Shown here piece by piece: positions 1 through 12,450 of a stretch of DNA of 64,000 bases. The stretch's first letter is position 1; the number at the start of each line of letters is the position of its first letter. Made by a program: the position numbers and the translations under genes. Origin of the DNA: Chrysomallon squamiferum. Lineage: Eukaryota > Animalia > Mollusca. The stretch spans positions 17,546,001 to 17,610,000 of the forward strand of contig CM022674.1 in the NCBI GenBank assembly GCA_012295275.1, in the 5' to 3' direction. The notes beneath the pieces were generated by a model that was given only the letters and a program-made list of their open reading frames with translations, did no database searches and was not told the origin of the DNA.

Positions 1-1448
1 CACTTAAATTATTTTAATGACTTGTATTGTGTTCATCTTTTCTGTATATGCTCATAAACACACACACATACCAGTATACAGACTACAAACATACAAACAT
101 ACATACATACATACATACATACATGCACTAACATACTGCTGTTACTAAAATGTTCTGAAATGAAGAAAGTTGTAATACATTTTTATTTGTCTTTTTTTCA
201 GTTAACATTTGATCATTCATAATTTGTTATATTTTACATTTGAATATTCAGAAAAAACAAACAAATACGTAATAAATATTTTGCTTTTCCGCATTCCTAA
301 TTGTTACAAAAGTTACTTTAATTTGTATATTCATAATATATTAGCATAATACTTTAATTTGCACATTCATAATATTTTAGTGTAACAATTGCTTTTATTT
401 CCCTATTCACGACAGATTACTGTTACAATATTTTTACATTAGCAGATTCAAAACACATTATTAAACCACGAAAGGGGAAATAACTGAACTGTGATAAAAC
501 TAGATGAAATCCAGGCTTTGTGTTTAGCCATAAAACAGTCATTGTGAGTGTTCAGCTTATTCCTAATTTGTTATGATAATTATTATTTTACATTTTCGTA
601 CTGAAAATAATTATGATTTAACAATTATTTTACATACATGCATTTTAAATTAAATGTATTTGTTAAAGGTAATAATTCAATTTGTTATTATAATTAGTAT
701 TTCATATTTGCTTATTAATAATCATTATGTTTAATGATTATTAATTTTCATTTAAATGTTTGCAATTAATTATCAGTGAAATTAACTTCTACACTTACTC
801 GAATAGGGTGCCCAGTACAGGCATGATTGAACATTGAGAATGCTAATCATTCCAAACTGTTTGCTTATAATCCTTAGAATAATTTGTAAAATATCTTCGA
901 TTTGTTTGTTAACCATGTTTTAAATAAATCTGTTGTAAATCAGTTAATAATCATGATTTTTTTGAATAAAAAATCTTTTAAACTTTTGAATCAAGTGTTA
1001 CTTGTGTTTATTAATAACTAATGGAAAGAAAGTGAAACTAGTGGAAAATAAAAATATTTATTCACAATATTTGTGAGTTTATTTCAAACCAGAGTGAATA
1101 TATAAGTTTTTCTGTGAATTCAGTGTAAAACATACAACAGTTATATATATGTGTTTGTTTCTCTCTCTCTCTCTATATATATATGCAATATACACACATA
1201 TGTACATAGATATACACGCAGACACACACGGACAATGTATGTATGTATGCATATCTATAGATATATCACTTAAGTATACATATTCAAATCACTCTCATCC
1301 AAACACATGTATTCTTCTACCTCTGTACATTCTATGGTTGACTTAATTTCAAAACTTAATCATAGCCCATATTTCTTTTTTTATTTGACTCACAACATAA
1401 CTATGTATACAGGTATAACACTGTCTTTCATTTATTGTGTGGCCCAGC

Positions 1449-1455
1449 TATAAAA
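1449..1455 (+). promoter_or_regulatory. TATA box upstream of a candidate signal-peptide exon
   Basis: TATAAAA after a short GC-rich stretch (ggcccagc), about 190 nt upstream of the ATG at 1639. Weak alone in AT-rich DNA. Confidence 0.35.
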
Positions 1456-1638
1456 ATAGTACACAGGCATTCATGCTGAAGGTGTAAACACTTCCTGGTA
1501 CATCAAGTTTAATACTTCACTACAGAACATTTAACCTGGTACTGATTTCCAATTTCCATGATTCTTTACTACGTGGATTGCTTTCGTAATACAGTTGTTA
1601 GCAAGTCGTTAACGTAATAAGTGTAAACAATAGAAAAT

Positions 1639-1702
1639 ATGAAGACCTACATTGCATGGCAGATCTTTTTATCGTGTGCAGTGTTAGCTTATGTTTTCCA
1701 TG
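1639..1702 (+). CDS. Candidate first coding exon encoding a signal peptide (MKTYIAWQIFLSCAVLAYVFH)
   Basis: ATG at 1639, Lys at position 2, hydrophobic core, ends at a consensus donor G|gtaagt (1703), phase 1. Confidence 0.55.
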
Positions 1703-1983
1703 GTAAGTGTTTATGTTATTTACACAGTATATAAGTTAGCTTTGTTTCTACGGTTTTGTTCAAACGTAAATATACGTCGTTTACACTGTAGTTGGATATA
1801 TAAAAATATAACGTTGTTATTATTGTCATATCTTAACATAAATATAACTTTTTTATTTTTCCAATTGCTTATCGTAGAATATAACTTGTTAATTTTTTCA
1901 ATAAATATCTTTAGAATATCTTTAATAGTTTTAATGTTCATGCAAAATTGATCAATATTTGTTTTATTTTTTGCCCTTTCCAG

Positions 1984-2019
1984 CTAATAATGCTTGTCCC
2001 AGTTCATCCAATACTGCAG
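1984..2019 (+). CDS. Candidate 36-nt micro-exon (ANNACPSSSNTA), phase 1-1
   Basis: Polypyrimidine tract and ccag acceptor (1981-1983), donor CAG|gtatgt (2020); open and in phase with 1639-1702. Confidence 0.5.
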
Positions 2020-2854
2020 GTATGTAATAAATATTTTAGCATCAGGAAAATGTCTAAGTGAATTGTACAAACCGATCGGTCACGTGACATTTGCAGCGGA
2101 ATGCGCCTCAAAATGAACGAGGTAGGTGATTATTTTCTCGAGTTCTGGCCTTAAATCAATAAATCTTGAAAAACAAAAAATTATCACCTACTTCAAGTTT
2201 AGTCTATTAGTGTCTTCATTCAGTTTTAAAACATCTACTGGGTTTATTGTATTTAAATAACGGCACACGAAAATCAGCTGGTAGTCATACTTTTCTGCAA
2301 ACCCAAGTGTTACATTATTCAATTTAATTATTAATGCTTTTAATATTAGATACAATTTGTATGTAGATATTAGTCAGAATAATTAGTATAAATGCTTGTA
2401 AATTTTGGTTCAAGGATCCAAGAACATCGGTCCAGTCTCAGTGAATGCGTTGTGCAAATTGCTGCTGACTTAGTGCTGGTGACCACCGTGTCATACTCTG
2501 ATAACACACCACAAATGTAACTGATTTATTTGACTGGTTTGATGCAGCTTACACAAAAAGGACCACTACCACTATCTCATAATGTTTACAAAACGTTCAA
2601 TAATGATTGTAGAAATCAGAACAGTACTATGCACTGCAGACAACTCTGTGACGACTGATCAGATGAGAAAAAAATCTTGACTGAACTCAGAAAATGCTGA
2701 AATTAAAAAGGTTTTCAACTGGTATAGTCACCAAAGACAACATGAAAGACACGGCTGATGTATATAAAAAAGTAATGTATTGTTTGTAAGTTACAAAGAG
2801 ATGGAACAGAGGATACCATGTACTCCTGTTAACCGAACAGACTTATTATGATAT

Positions 2855-2924
2855 ACCGGGGAGCGAAACCAGTACCTACCAGCCTGTTAGCATATGGCTT
2901 AACCACTGCGCCAACAAGGCCGGT
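2855..2924 (-). mobile_element. tRNA-derived SINE head, truncated
   Basis: Minus strand reads ccggccttgtTGGCGCAGTGGttaagcc...ggtactGGTTTCGCTCCC, i.e. pol III A-box and B-box-like motifs at tRNA-like spacing; I cannot fold a full cloverleaf. Confidence 0.6.
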
Positions 2925-3233
2925 ATTATCATTGTCATCTGTAACTACATGTATAATTTCTTCGTTTAATAAAATGGCCATACTTGATACTTTAGCAAAA
3001 ATCGCAGCCTAACTACTTTTTTGTTTCGTTGATTGATTACTGTACATTTAGATTATGTCATGATATGTGTGTAGGTTATGCATATTCATTTTTATTATGA
3101 AAGGTCCTGTCGGATTCACTCTTGAAATTGTTGAATTAGATTTAGAAGCCTTTAATTTATCCAAAAAGATATAACATTACATATTGATATACATTTATTT
3201 TATTTTACTTTATTTATTATTTAAACATTTAAG

Positions 3234-3343
3234 TGATCACCATTTGGATCAATCTGGAAGAGCGGAATGAAAACCCAAAAGAAATCGCTCGTCATTCACA
3301 CCATTATCTTGGCAGCTGGGCGAACACTTGGAGTGAAGTCTGA
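3234..3343 (+). CDS. Possible terminal exon of the small secreted protein (VITIWINLEERNENPKEIARHSHHYLGSWANTWSEV*)
   Basis: T-rich tract and aag acceptor at 3231-3233, phase-1 compatible, open to TGA 3341-3343, GC higher than flanks. No recognised homology. Confidence 0.3.
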
Positions 3344-4456
3344 ATGACATCGTTTTAACGGATCCAAGATTACATCACACATTAGAGAAGGAATAGACTG
3401 TTATAGATGAGATACTAATAATCACCATCATGAAATCGTGTCTGAACATTTATTGTGTTTTAAGACTAACAGACGTTTGAGAACAGCAACAACGTATCAA
3501 CTCCTGGCCACTTTTTTGTGAAAAAAAAATCTTTTTAACTTTTGAATCAAGTGGTACTTGTGTTTATTAATAACCAATGGAAAGAAAGTGAAACTAGTGT
3601 AAAATAAAAGTATTTATTCACAATATTTGTGAATGCGATGTTGCAGTTGGAGTTTACTGCTGTTTTATATCCACAATAACAGCTGTAAAATTTAACAAGC
3701 GGATTTCCTTAAGTGGCGGAGGCTTTAAAACTGTCAGTGTGCAAAATCCTGGATGCTCTGATTCTTCCAGGAAACTCTCCAGAAGTCCATCTGTCTCTGT
3801 TACTATGTGAATGAAACCTGTTTAGAAGCCTAAATAAAATTAATTATGAAATTTTAATTCGCAGGTAGTGCCTGCATATAAATTATATAACATAACGTTG
3901 TTTTACAAATTTAAGCTTACTTTAAACTGATACAGCACCAAAAAAGTAAAACGTTGATAAACCACACTCTCTACACCAAATCATCGACACTCCATACACA
4001 GCAGAAGTCTCACATTTTAGCAGTAACTAACTTGCATATGTCGGCTTAACATTAATATGCTTGCATGTAAACATACCAAATGTTATTCATATAACTCTCT
4101 GTGTTATTTAACTTCATAATTTGTATTATTTGATTGGTAACGACCTTTTCGTAAGAGTAACCGTCATCAGTTTGAATTAATTATTAGCTACCTATATATA
4201 TATAGGTTTACCACTCACACACACAAAACACATACACATTCATATACATACATACATACATACACACCTACGCTCATAACGCTATTTAAGAGACTGTGAG
4301 GGTTGACAAATCATGTATTGTTATGTTGCATATATTGTTGTGAACTGTTGCCGATCAGGAATTTTCAAAAAATGCTTTGTTAGTTGTCTCTTTTTTAGTA
4401 AAATTGCCTTTTACGTTTCTGTCTTTTGACTCATTTAAAAACCGACGTGACACAGA

Positions 4457-4501
<45 letters not shown>

Positions 4502-5202
4502 GTACACATATAAATGCATATACAAACACACGCAGATACATTCAAACATTATAACAATATTATATACACATTAATTACACAGACACACTAGGTATAAACA
4601 TATAAAAACAGACACAAGTACAACATACTTAAGCAGAGGATCTCGCTAGGGAATACATTCTGTCTCTCTACAAATTCAATGCATCAAATACACTGGTTTA
4701 CACACTGAACCGTTGCAAATAATTTCATCCAGAGTTACGGTTCTTGCTATTTATAGACAGGGAAATACCAACATTAATACAATAAATGTCATTGTTTCAG
4801 TAACATAACTTATTTAAATAAACGTGTTTGGATTATAATAAGCTTTAGTTCATTGTCGATTATTAAATATGTGAAAGGAACAGAAGGCCAAAACATCCTT
4901 TGTGGCATCTATAAATAGACAGAAAATTGTATTTGCGCAGTTAATGAAGACTGCAGGGTGTCAGTTTAAGAATGGGTTGTATGCACGCTTCACTTAGATA
5001 TCTCGCTTCTGGAACTAATATGTTGTTGGGCTTCACTCAGTGTTTACACATTTTTAATAACATGTAGACGAACTTTCATTCGAAAAAAGGTTTCATTGTA
5101 ATTTCTATATTTTCTGGTGTTGTTTGTAGCTAGAAATCTTTCTGAGATTCAGTATCTACCTGTCATATCGTCTGTCCATGAATAATACACTGCCGTTCTA
5201 GA

Positions 5203-5249
<47 letters not shown>

Positions 5250-5398
5250 CACAAGAAACAGAAAGAAAACAAAAGAAAAAAAAGTACAACTCGAAAAAAA
5301 ACGAAAAACACAAAATAAAAAAATAAAAAATAAAAAAACGAACAAAAAATATCAATAACAAAAAAAACAACAAAAAAAAAATACAAACAAACAAACAA

Positions 5399-5450
<52 letters not shown>

Positions 5451-5569
5451 TGAAAACCTCCCTCCCTACATGGAAGAATTAATCTGGGTGGACACTAAAC
5501 AAATTTACATTTGTTTTTATGTGGCTTTATCAGCAGCTTCCCTTCTTTACCCTTACCACGTCTCGCTCC

Positions 5570-6075
5570 ATTCACGCCCCGCCCCCAACTTGTCAATCAT
5601 TCATTACGAACACTGAAAGTAGTATTACCCACATTTCTACATTCCTGTGTCACAAGATACTAGCTTTCCGCTTTATGTGTTATTTTTAAAGTGATTCTCG
5701 TTCCTCCAGTTTGTAAATCATTTCGTACATTATTCTCGCAGTCTCCGACCTTGACACCTACATCAGACGAACGTCTGTTTATGAATGAACCAATAGAGCC
5801 GCACGCCACTTAGCTTTAACTTAGCAATGTGTGTCGAAACCCCGCTTATTCAAAGGCAAATAAAAAACTTGTCAAACTGGTTTCTGTATTTAACTTTACC
5901 CGGCCTATCTACCAGCTTTAACGTGACAACAAGTAAAAACAGATTTTTTACACTAAACTACTTCCTTGTTTGATTCGGCGCTCGACCGAACGGCAGACGA
6001 ACATGAACTAAAAGTTCTATAGTTGTTTTTCTTCGTTTTGTGCTGACGTCAGACTGAAATTGATCTGTTGTAAGT
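5570..6075 (+). promoter_or_regulatory. CpG-richer promoter-like region with a possible non-coding first exon
   Basis: GC-box-like cgccccgccccc (about 5575), CCAAT (about 5790), TGACGTCA (about 6044), clustered CpGs, and a donor-like gtaagt at 6070. Confidence 0.35.
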
Positions 6076-6667
6076 CAGTGGCAGGCCGAGAATATTGTTT
6101 CTATATTTGGATTTATATAAGCTGAAACGGGACTGTTCATTTTCGTCAATAATGTGTGTGTTTTTTTTTTTGTTGTTTCTTTTTTTTTAATTTTTTTTTT
6201 ACCTTTTACTTAACGTGACTTTAAGAAATAGTCTTTTTATGAATATTATGAAAAGTAATAGATATAAGATTGCCTATTTTTATCAAAGTATGTGATTTAC
6301 AACTGCCTTGAAAGTGAATATAATACAGTTTTTCATTAATATATTTGTATAATATTTTTTTATTAGTTTATAAACTAAAATGTATCTAAATGTATTGTTC
6401 ATATTTAATATTTAAACACTACTGGATTATAAAGTGACATGTCTTTATGAAAATCTGACATTATTTGGATTTATATGGACCAGGAAGTGAATGTTTTAGG
6501 GGTGTTTTATACCGATTTAAGTTTCTGTATTTAACGAACTGGAAACTGCAGCAAATGTATCTTTGTTTGTAATGTTTCAGTTTCATTGTTTGTCCAAATA
6601 GTCTTTCAAGTTAAACGTCTAGATAAGTAAAGTTTATATTTATAAATTATAATTTCTTTGTTAATAA

Positions 6668-6717
<50 letters not shown>

Positions 6718-7034
6718 ACACTTCATACCTGCTTCCTTGTAAACTGAATTCATTTAAGAAAAACTTAAATGTATATTTTTTATAATGGAAATGCATAAGA
6801 TTTCATCGTTAAAAATTATTATTTTAAGATATACAGCTTAATATTTATTAACGTGGAAATTGAAATGGACTCTAGCCTATGATTTTTTGTTATCATGTTG
6901 TTATCAGTGTTAGTGAACTCATGTTTTAAAACTGTAACGTGGATACGAGCTGTGAATTTCTATCAAATTATATCTCTTCGTGTTTGTGAATTTACGTAAG
7001 CTCTGGGCGTCTTTTGGTGTACTCCGATTTAATT

Positions 7035-8608
7035 CACTGTTGTACTAACCTCATCTTAATATCCTTGTATCCATTGTAGTTTACTGTTATACTAACCTCA
7101 TCTTTGTATCCTTGTGTCCATTACATTTTACTGTTATACTACTCTTATCTTAATATCCTTCTATCCATTGCATTTTACTGTTATACTACTCTCATCTTAA
7201 TATCCTTGTATCCCTTGCATTTTACTGTTATACTACTCTCATCTTAATATCCTTGTATCCATTGCATTTTACTGTTACACTACTCTCATCTTAATATCCT
7301 TGTATCCATTGCATTTTACTGTTATACTACTCTCATCTTAATATCCTTGTATCCATTGCATTTTACTGTTATTCTACACTCATCTTAATATCCTTGTATT
7401 CATTCGATTTTACTGTTATACTGCTCTCATCTTAATAGTCTTGCATCCATTGGATTTTACTGTTATACTACTCTCATCTTAATATATCCTTGTATCCATT
7501 ACATTTTACTGTTATTCTACACTCATCTTAATATCCTTGTATTCATTGGATTTTACTGTTATACTGCTCTCATCTTAATAGCCTTGTGTCCATTGGATTT
7601 TACTGTTATACTACTCTCATCTTAATATATCCTTGTATCCATTACATTTTACTGTTATTCTACACTCATCTTAATATCCTTGTATTCATTGGATTTTACT
7701 GTTATACTGCTCTCATCTTAATATCCTTGTGTCCATTGGATTTTACTGTTATACTACTCTCTTCTTAATATCCTTGTATGCATTGCATTTTACTGTTATA
7801 CTACTCTCATCTTAATATCCTTGTATCCATTGCGTTTTACTGTTATACTACTGTCTTCTTAATGTTCTTGTGTCCATTGCATTTTACTGTTACACTACTC
7901 TCATCTTAATATCCTTGTATCCATTGCATTTTACTGTTATACTACTCTCATCTTAATATCCTTGTATCCATTGCATTTTACTGTTATACTACTCTCATCT
8001 TAATATCCTTGTATCCATTGCATTTTACTGTTATTCTACACTCATCTTAATATCCTTGTATTCATTCGATTTTATGTTATACTGCTCTCATCTTAATAGT
8101 CTTGCATCCATTGGATTTTACTGTTATTCTACACTCATCTTAATATCCTTGTATTCATTGGATTTTACTGTTATACTGCTCTCATCTTAATATCCTTGTA
8201 TCCATTGGATTTTACTGTTATACTACTCTCATCTTAATATATCCTTGTATCCATTACATTTTACTGTTATTCTACACTCATCTTAATATCCTTGTATTCA
8301 TTGGATTTTACTGTTATACTGCTCTCATCTTATATCCTCCTTGTGTCCATTGGATTTTACTGTTATTGGACTGTTATACTCTCATCTTAATATATCCTTG
8401 TATCCATTACATTTTACTGTTATTCTACACTCATCTTAATATCCTTGTATTCATTGGATTTTACTGTTATACTGCTCTCATCTTAATATCCTTGTGTCCA
8501 TTGGATTTTACTGTTATACTACTCTCTTCTTAATATCCTTGTATGCATTGCATTTTACTGTTATACTACTCTCATCTTAATATCCTTGTATCCATTGCAT
8601 TTTACTGC
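7035..8608. repeat. 47-bp minisatellite, about 33 copies
   Basis: Unit actgttatactactctcatcttaatatccttgtatccattgcatttt; tatcctt recurs at 7201 and 7248. Confidence 0.97.
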
Positions 8609-8636
8609 TTTAATACAGGTATTTCTAAATGGAAAA

Positions 8637-8715
8637 ATGGCATACAGAAGATATATTCCGAAGATGTATACTATCTGGATGTGTGTCATGATTTACTTAG
8701 TGCGCAGCTTGAAAG
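8637..8715 (+). CDS. Candidate leader exon (exon 8619-8715; MAYRRYIPKMYTIWMCVMIYLVRSLK), possibly of the fibrinogen-domain gene
   Basis: Acceptor acag at 8615-8618 right after the satellite, donor AAG|gttagt at 8716, basic N-terminus then hydrophobic stretch; phase 1 matches the exon at 9422. Confidence 0.4.
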
Positions 8716-9421
8716 GTTAGTACTTGAGATTTCTTATTTTCACTTATCTGGTTGAAAGCAGTCTGCAATTCAGAGACAGATAAACAAAGATATAAGCAAC
8801 ACTATCCAAAGTAATTTAAGCAAAACAAAAGAAGATAAAAAAAAAAAAATAAATAAAGAAATAAATAATAAAATAAGTAAAATTCTAATACATTTTTAAA
8901 ATAAATATACAACATTTTAAACAATCAGAACAATAACAACAAAAACAAAAAAAAAATTTTCTTTTTTCTCGGTAAAAATGATACGTTTTTGCAGCGAGAG
9001 AAAAACATTGTTTTTTAATAAGTTATGAGAAAATTGGACATATTTATAATTAGAAGATTGATGTAGGTACAAACTACAGTTTAAGACAAGTAAAATAGTA
9101 TATATATTTAGATATAGACAATAAACAGTGTGAATATAAATAATATATGAAATGAACTACACAAAAAACAAAAACAAAAACGCCAACACATGGATAAAAC
9201 AATATATTTATATGTGTGTATGTAGCTAATGATATATTTGTTTAAATAAACAAAGAAGTATAAGTATTCGTACATTTATGTGTGCAAATAAAAATATACT
9301 TACACATATAGAGAAAACTTATATATAAATTATTTCAAAAAAAAAGAGAAAAAATTAAACAATTTTAAAAAGTAATTTTTTATGAACAGTGGCATCATCT
9401 TAATAGTAATTTTATTTTCAG

Positions 9422-9687
9422 GTGACGCTTTCATGAACCCTAGAAAAGAATGTTGGATTCTCAACGGAATGAGATTCTCTACAAAGGACAATGGAAGTAC
9501 ATGTCCTGTGAAATATAAGGGAGCCTGGTGGTACAATAAGTGTCAAACTTCCAATCTGAACGGTTTGTACCTCAACGGAACCAATGAACTCTTTGGTGAA
9601 GGAGTCACCTGGATGCCATGGAGAGGTGATTATTATTCGCTGAAGAAAACTGTGATGAAAATTCGACCATCTTCAGTTTTGAACTAA
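9422..9687 (+). CDS. Terminal exon of a fibrinogen-related (FReD, ficolin-like) protein, C-terminal P subdomain
   Basis: ttttcag acceptor ending 9421; translation has the hallmarks NGMRFSTKD, C..KYKGAWWYNKC, SNLNGLY, GVTW..WRG..YSLK.TVMKIRP; stop 9685-9687; AATAAA near 10038. Confidence 0.92.
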
Positions 9688-9970
9688 AACTGTGACGAAA
9701 ATTCGACCATTTTCTGCTTTAAACTAAAACTGTAATGAAAATTCGACCATCTTCAGTTTTAAACTAAAAATGTAATGACAATTCGACCATCTTCTGTTTT
9801 GAACTAAAACTGTAATGAAAATTCGACCATCTTCTGTTTTGAACTAAAAGTGTAATGAAAATTCGACCATCTTCAGTTTAGATCTAAAATGTAATGAAAA
9901 TTCGACCATCTTCGGTTTTGAATTAAAACTGTAATGAATATTCGACCATCTTCTCGTTTGAACTAAAACT
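9648..9970 (+). repeat. 40-bp tandem repeat, 8 copies, overlapping the fibrinogen-domain stop codon
   Basis: attcgaccat recurs at 9661, 9701, 9741, 9781, 9821, 9861, 9900 and 9940. Confidence 0.95.
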
Positions 9971-11199
9971 CTTCTCTCATTGGAAAGGATACAATAGTAT
10001 TTGTCTAATGAATATGAATTGGTAACTTGAGATATAAAATAAAAATAAAGCACGAAACAAAATTTATAATTTACAGGAATGTTTACTAGTCTGTATATTT
10101 AAAGTGATAAAGAAACACAATATACTGATAAAAAACATTGAATTGTTTATTTCATTTTGTATTGGTAGTGCATTTGAACGTATTATATTTATGACATATT
10201 TATAAGTGGTGTCTTTGCAAACGGTTTTTAAATGTTAATTTTACAACGTTTCTTTGGAAATAGTGTTCAAATTTAAATTTATAAACTGCTATTTTTGAAA
10301 TAGTTGCTCAAAGTAAATTTATAAAGTACTATTTCTGAAGCAGTTGCTGAATGTAAATATAACAATGGTCTTTGAATACAGTTGTTAAATGTAAATTAAT
10401 AATTGCTGTCTTTGGAAAGAATTGGAAATGTAAATTTACATAAACAAGAGTTGCTGAATTTTCTTATTTCTTTATATTTTAATTCCTGTTCTGGATAAAG
10501 ATAAATTCAAAACAATATTTAAAACAAAAATGTGATATCGGAAACGTTCGCCTGATACCGGTAGATTAAAAGATCGATCCCGGCTTCAGCAACCTTGTCT
10601 TTTTCACATTCGTGTTTGTTTGTGTGACTTTATATAAATACTGTAGTTTGTGTTGTGTACTGTATGAAACAGTTTGTGAATGATTCCTCGCTGCTGATAA
10701 AAAAAATGTATTTTGTGAAGAAAAATACTTGAAAGTTTTACCATTGTTGATTCTAGATTTGAAAATATCTCGTATTATCTCTTTAATAAGAAACAAAATG
10801 TTTTTATTATATTATTTTATTTTATTTATTTTTATTTTATTTTTTTTTTTTTTTGTTTATTAATTAATTCATTCATTTAAATATTTATTTATCTCTCTAT
10901 TTTAAAGTTCTTAATTATTCATAAAGAAATATGCTATAATAAATATTTAGAGTTTCTCCATACGTAATGGATTATTATAATACTTACTTTAATTTGCATA
11001 TTTATAATATGTTATTGTTTTAGTTTTTATTAGAATTCATAATATACTTTTTACTAATAATGATACATAACATTTGACACTTGCATATTCATAAAAAATA
11101 AATAAATATATATATATATTTGCTTATTAATAATATGTTCTTGTAGTAATTGTTACATATGGATGATAGACTTTTCACTTTTATCTTTGAGGTCATTAT

Positions 11200-11750
11200 T
11201 GACACTAAATGGGAAAGAACTGTCCTGTTGTAAAATTAGATGAAATTGAGGCTTTTTGTGTGATCAAAGGTTACAATAATTTCAAATTGGGCATTAAATC
11301 CTGACTGATTTATAAGTCATTGTAAGAGTTCAGCTTATTCCTAATTTGTTATTATAATTATTATTTTATATTTTCGTGTTTATAATAATTATAATGTAAC
11401 AATTATTCTATTTATGTGAATTTTAAATTAAATGTAATTTGTTCTTATTAACACCATTTAACATTATGATATTGATCACAATTACTGTTTTAAATTTTCG
11501 TATTGATAATAATTATGATGTAATAATTATTCTATATTTTAAATCAAATGAAATTTGTTATTATAATTAGTATTTCATATTTGGTTATTAATACTGATTA
11601 TCTTTATGGATTAGTAATATTCATTCAAATGTTTGCGATTAGTTCTCAGTGAAATTAACTTCTACATTTACTGGGACAGTGTATCCTGCACAGGCATGAT
11701 TGAAAATTGACAATGAAAAATCATTACAAACTGTTTATTCAATATATTTT
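11200..11750 (+). repeat. Dispersed repeat, second copy of about 460-880
   Basis: Shared ordered strings such as gttcagcttattcctaatttgtta, cagtgaaattaacttctaca and acaggcatgattga. Confidence 0.8.
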
Positions 11751-11759
11751 TAATAATGT

Positions 11760-12450
11760 GTAACCCTAACATTAACCCTAACCCCAAGTCAAACTCTATT
11801 TCTAATTCTAAACGTAACCGTAACGAAGAGGTTAAACGTAATTCTAATGCTAACACTAGTACTAACCCTGATAATAAAACTTTTGCAGATTGTGATCAGA
11901 CTCAAATAGACTTTGAATAATACTCGCCCTAACTGTCACCCTGATCTTGACCCTAGCTCAACTTATAAACCTAATCCTACCCAAGTCCCCATCATTAAAT
12001 CTTACCTTAACACTACTTCCAATCACGACCCTACCATTTTGTACACGTTATCATAACACTCATAATAACATTTAAATAACCCTAACCGTAATCCTAACCG
12101 TAATCCTAACCCTGACTCTATCCCTAACTCTAAACCTAACCCTTACGAAGTCATTAAACTTAATTTTAATGCAAACCCTAGTACTAAACCTGATAAAAAA
12201 AAAAAAAAAAAATAAAAATGTTTTGCAGATTCTCATGACTCATAATAAAATTTAAATAACTCACCATAACCCTAGTCCTAACCCAAATCTTAATCCTGAC
12301 TCAAACATTTGCTCAACTTCTAAACCTAGTCCTACCCCAGTCCCCAACATTAATTATTGCCCTATCGCTACTTCCAATCGTGACCCTCAAATTATTAACA
12401 CTCATAATGAAATTTAAATAACCCTAACTCTAACCCTAACCCTAACCTTA
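11760..12450. repeat. Degenerate (TAACCC)n telomere-like tract with an internal duplication of about 320 bp
   Basis: taaccctaac-type motifs at 11761, 12077-12140 and 12420-12450; ttttgcagatt and ctacttccaatc blocks each occur twice. Confidence 0.7.

Noticed and set aside
2855-2924. Functional tRNA gene
   Set aside because: A and B boxes are present, but the B box is imperfect and I cannot form an acceptor stem; a SINE head fits better.
4355-5398. ORFs rich in CV, HT, poly-L, poly-Y or poly-I here and at 16-22 kb, 39-41 kb, 48 kb and 57-59 kb
   Set aside because: They are translations of (CA)n, (TA)n and (TTA)n microsatellites.
7035-8608. Regular short repeats (also 9648-9970, 55318-55766, 61158-64000) as CRISPR arrays
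   Set aside because: Units are head-to-tail with no unique spacers, there are no cas genes, and the context is eukaryotic.
11760-12450. True telomere or chromosome fusion site
   Set aside because: Short, degenerate, single orientation and attached to a dispersed repeat.
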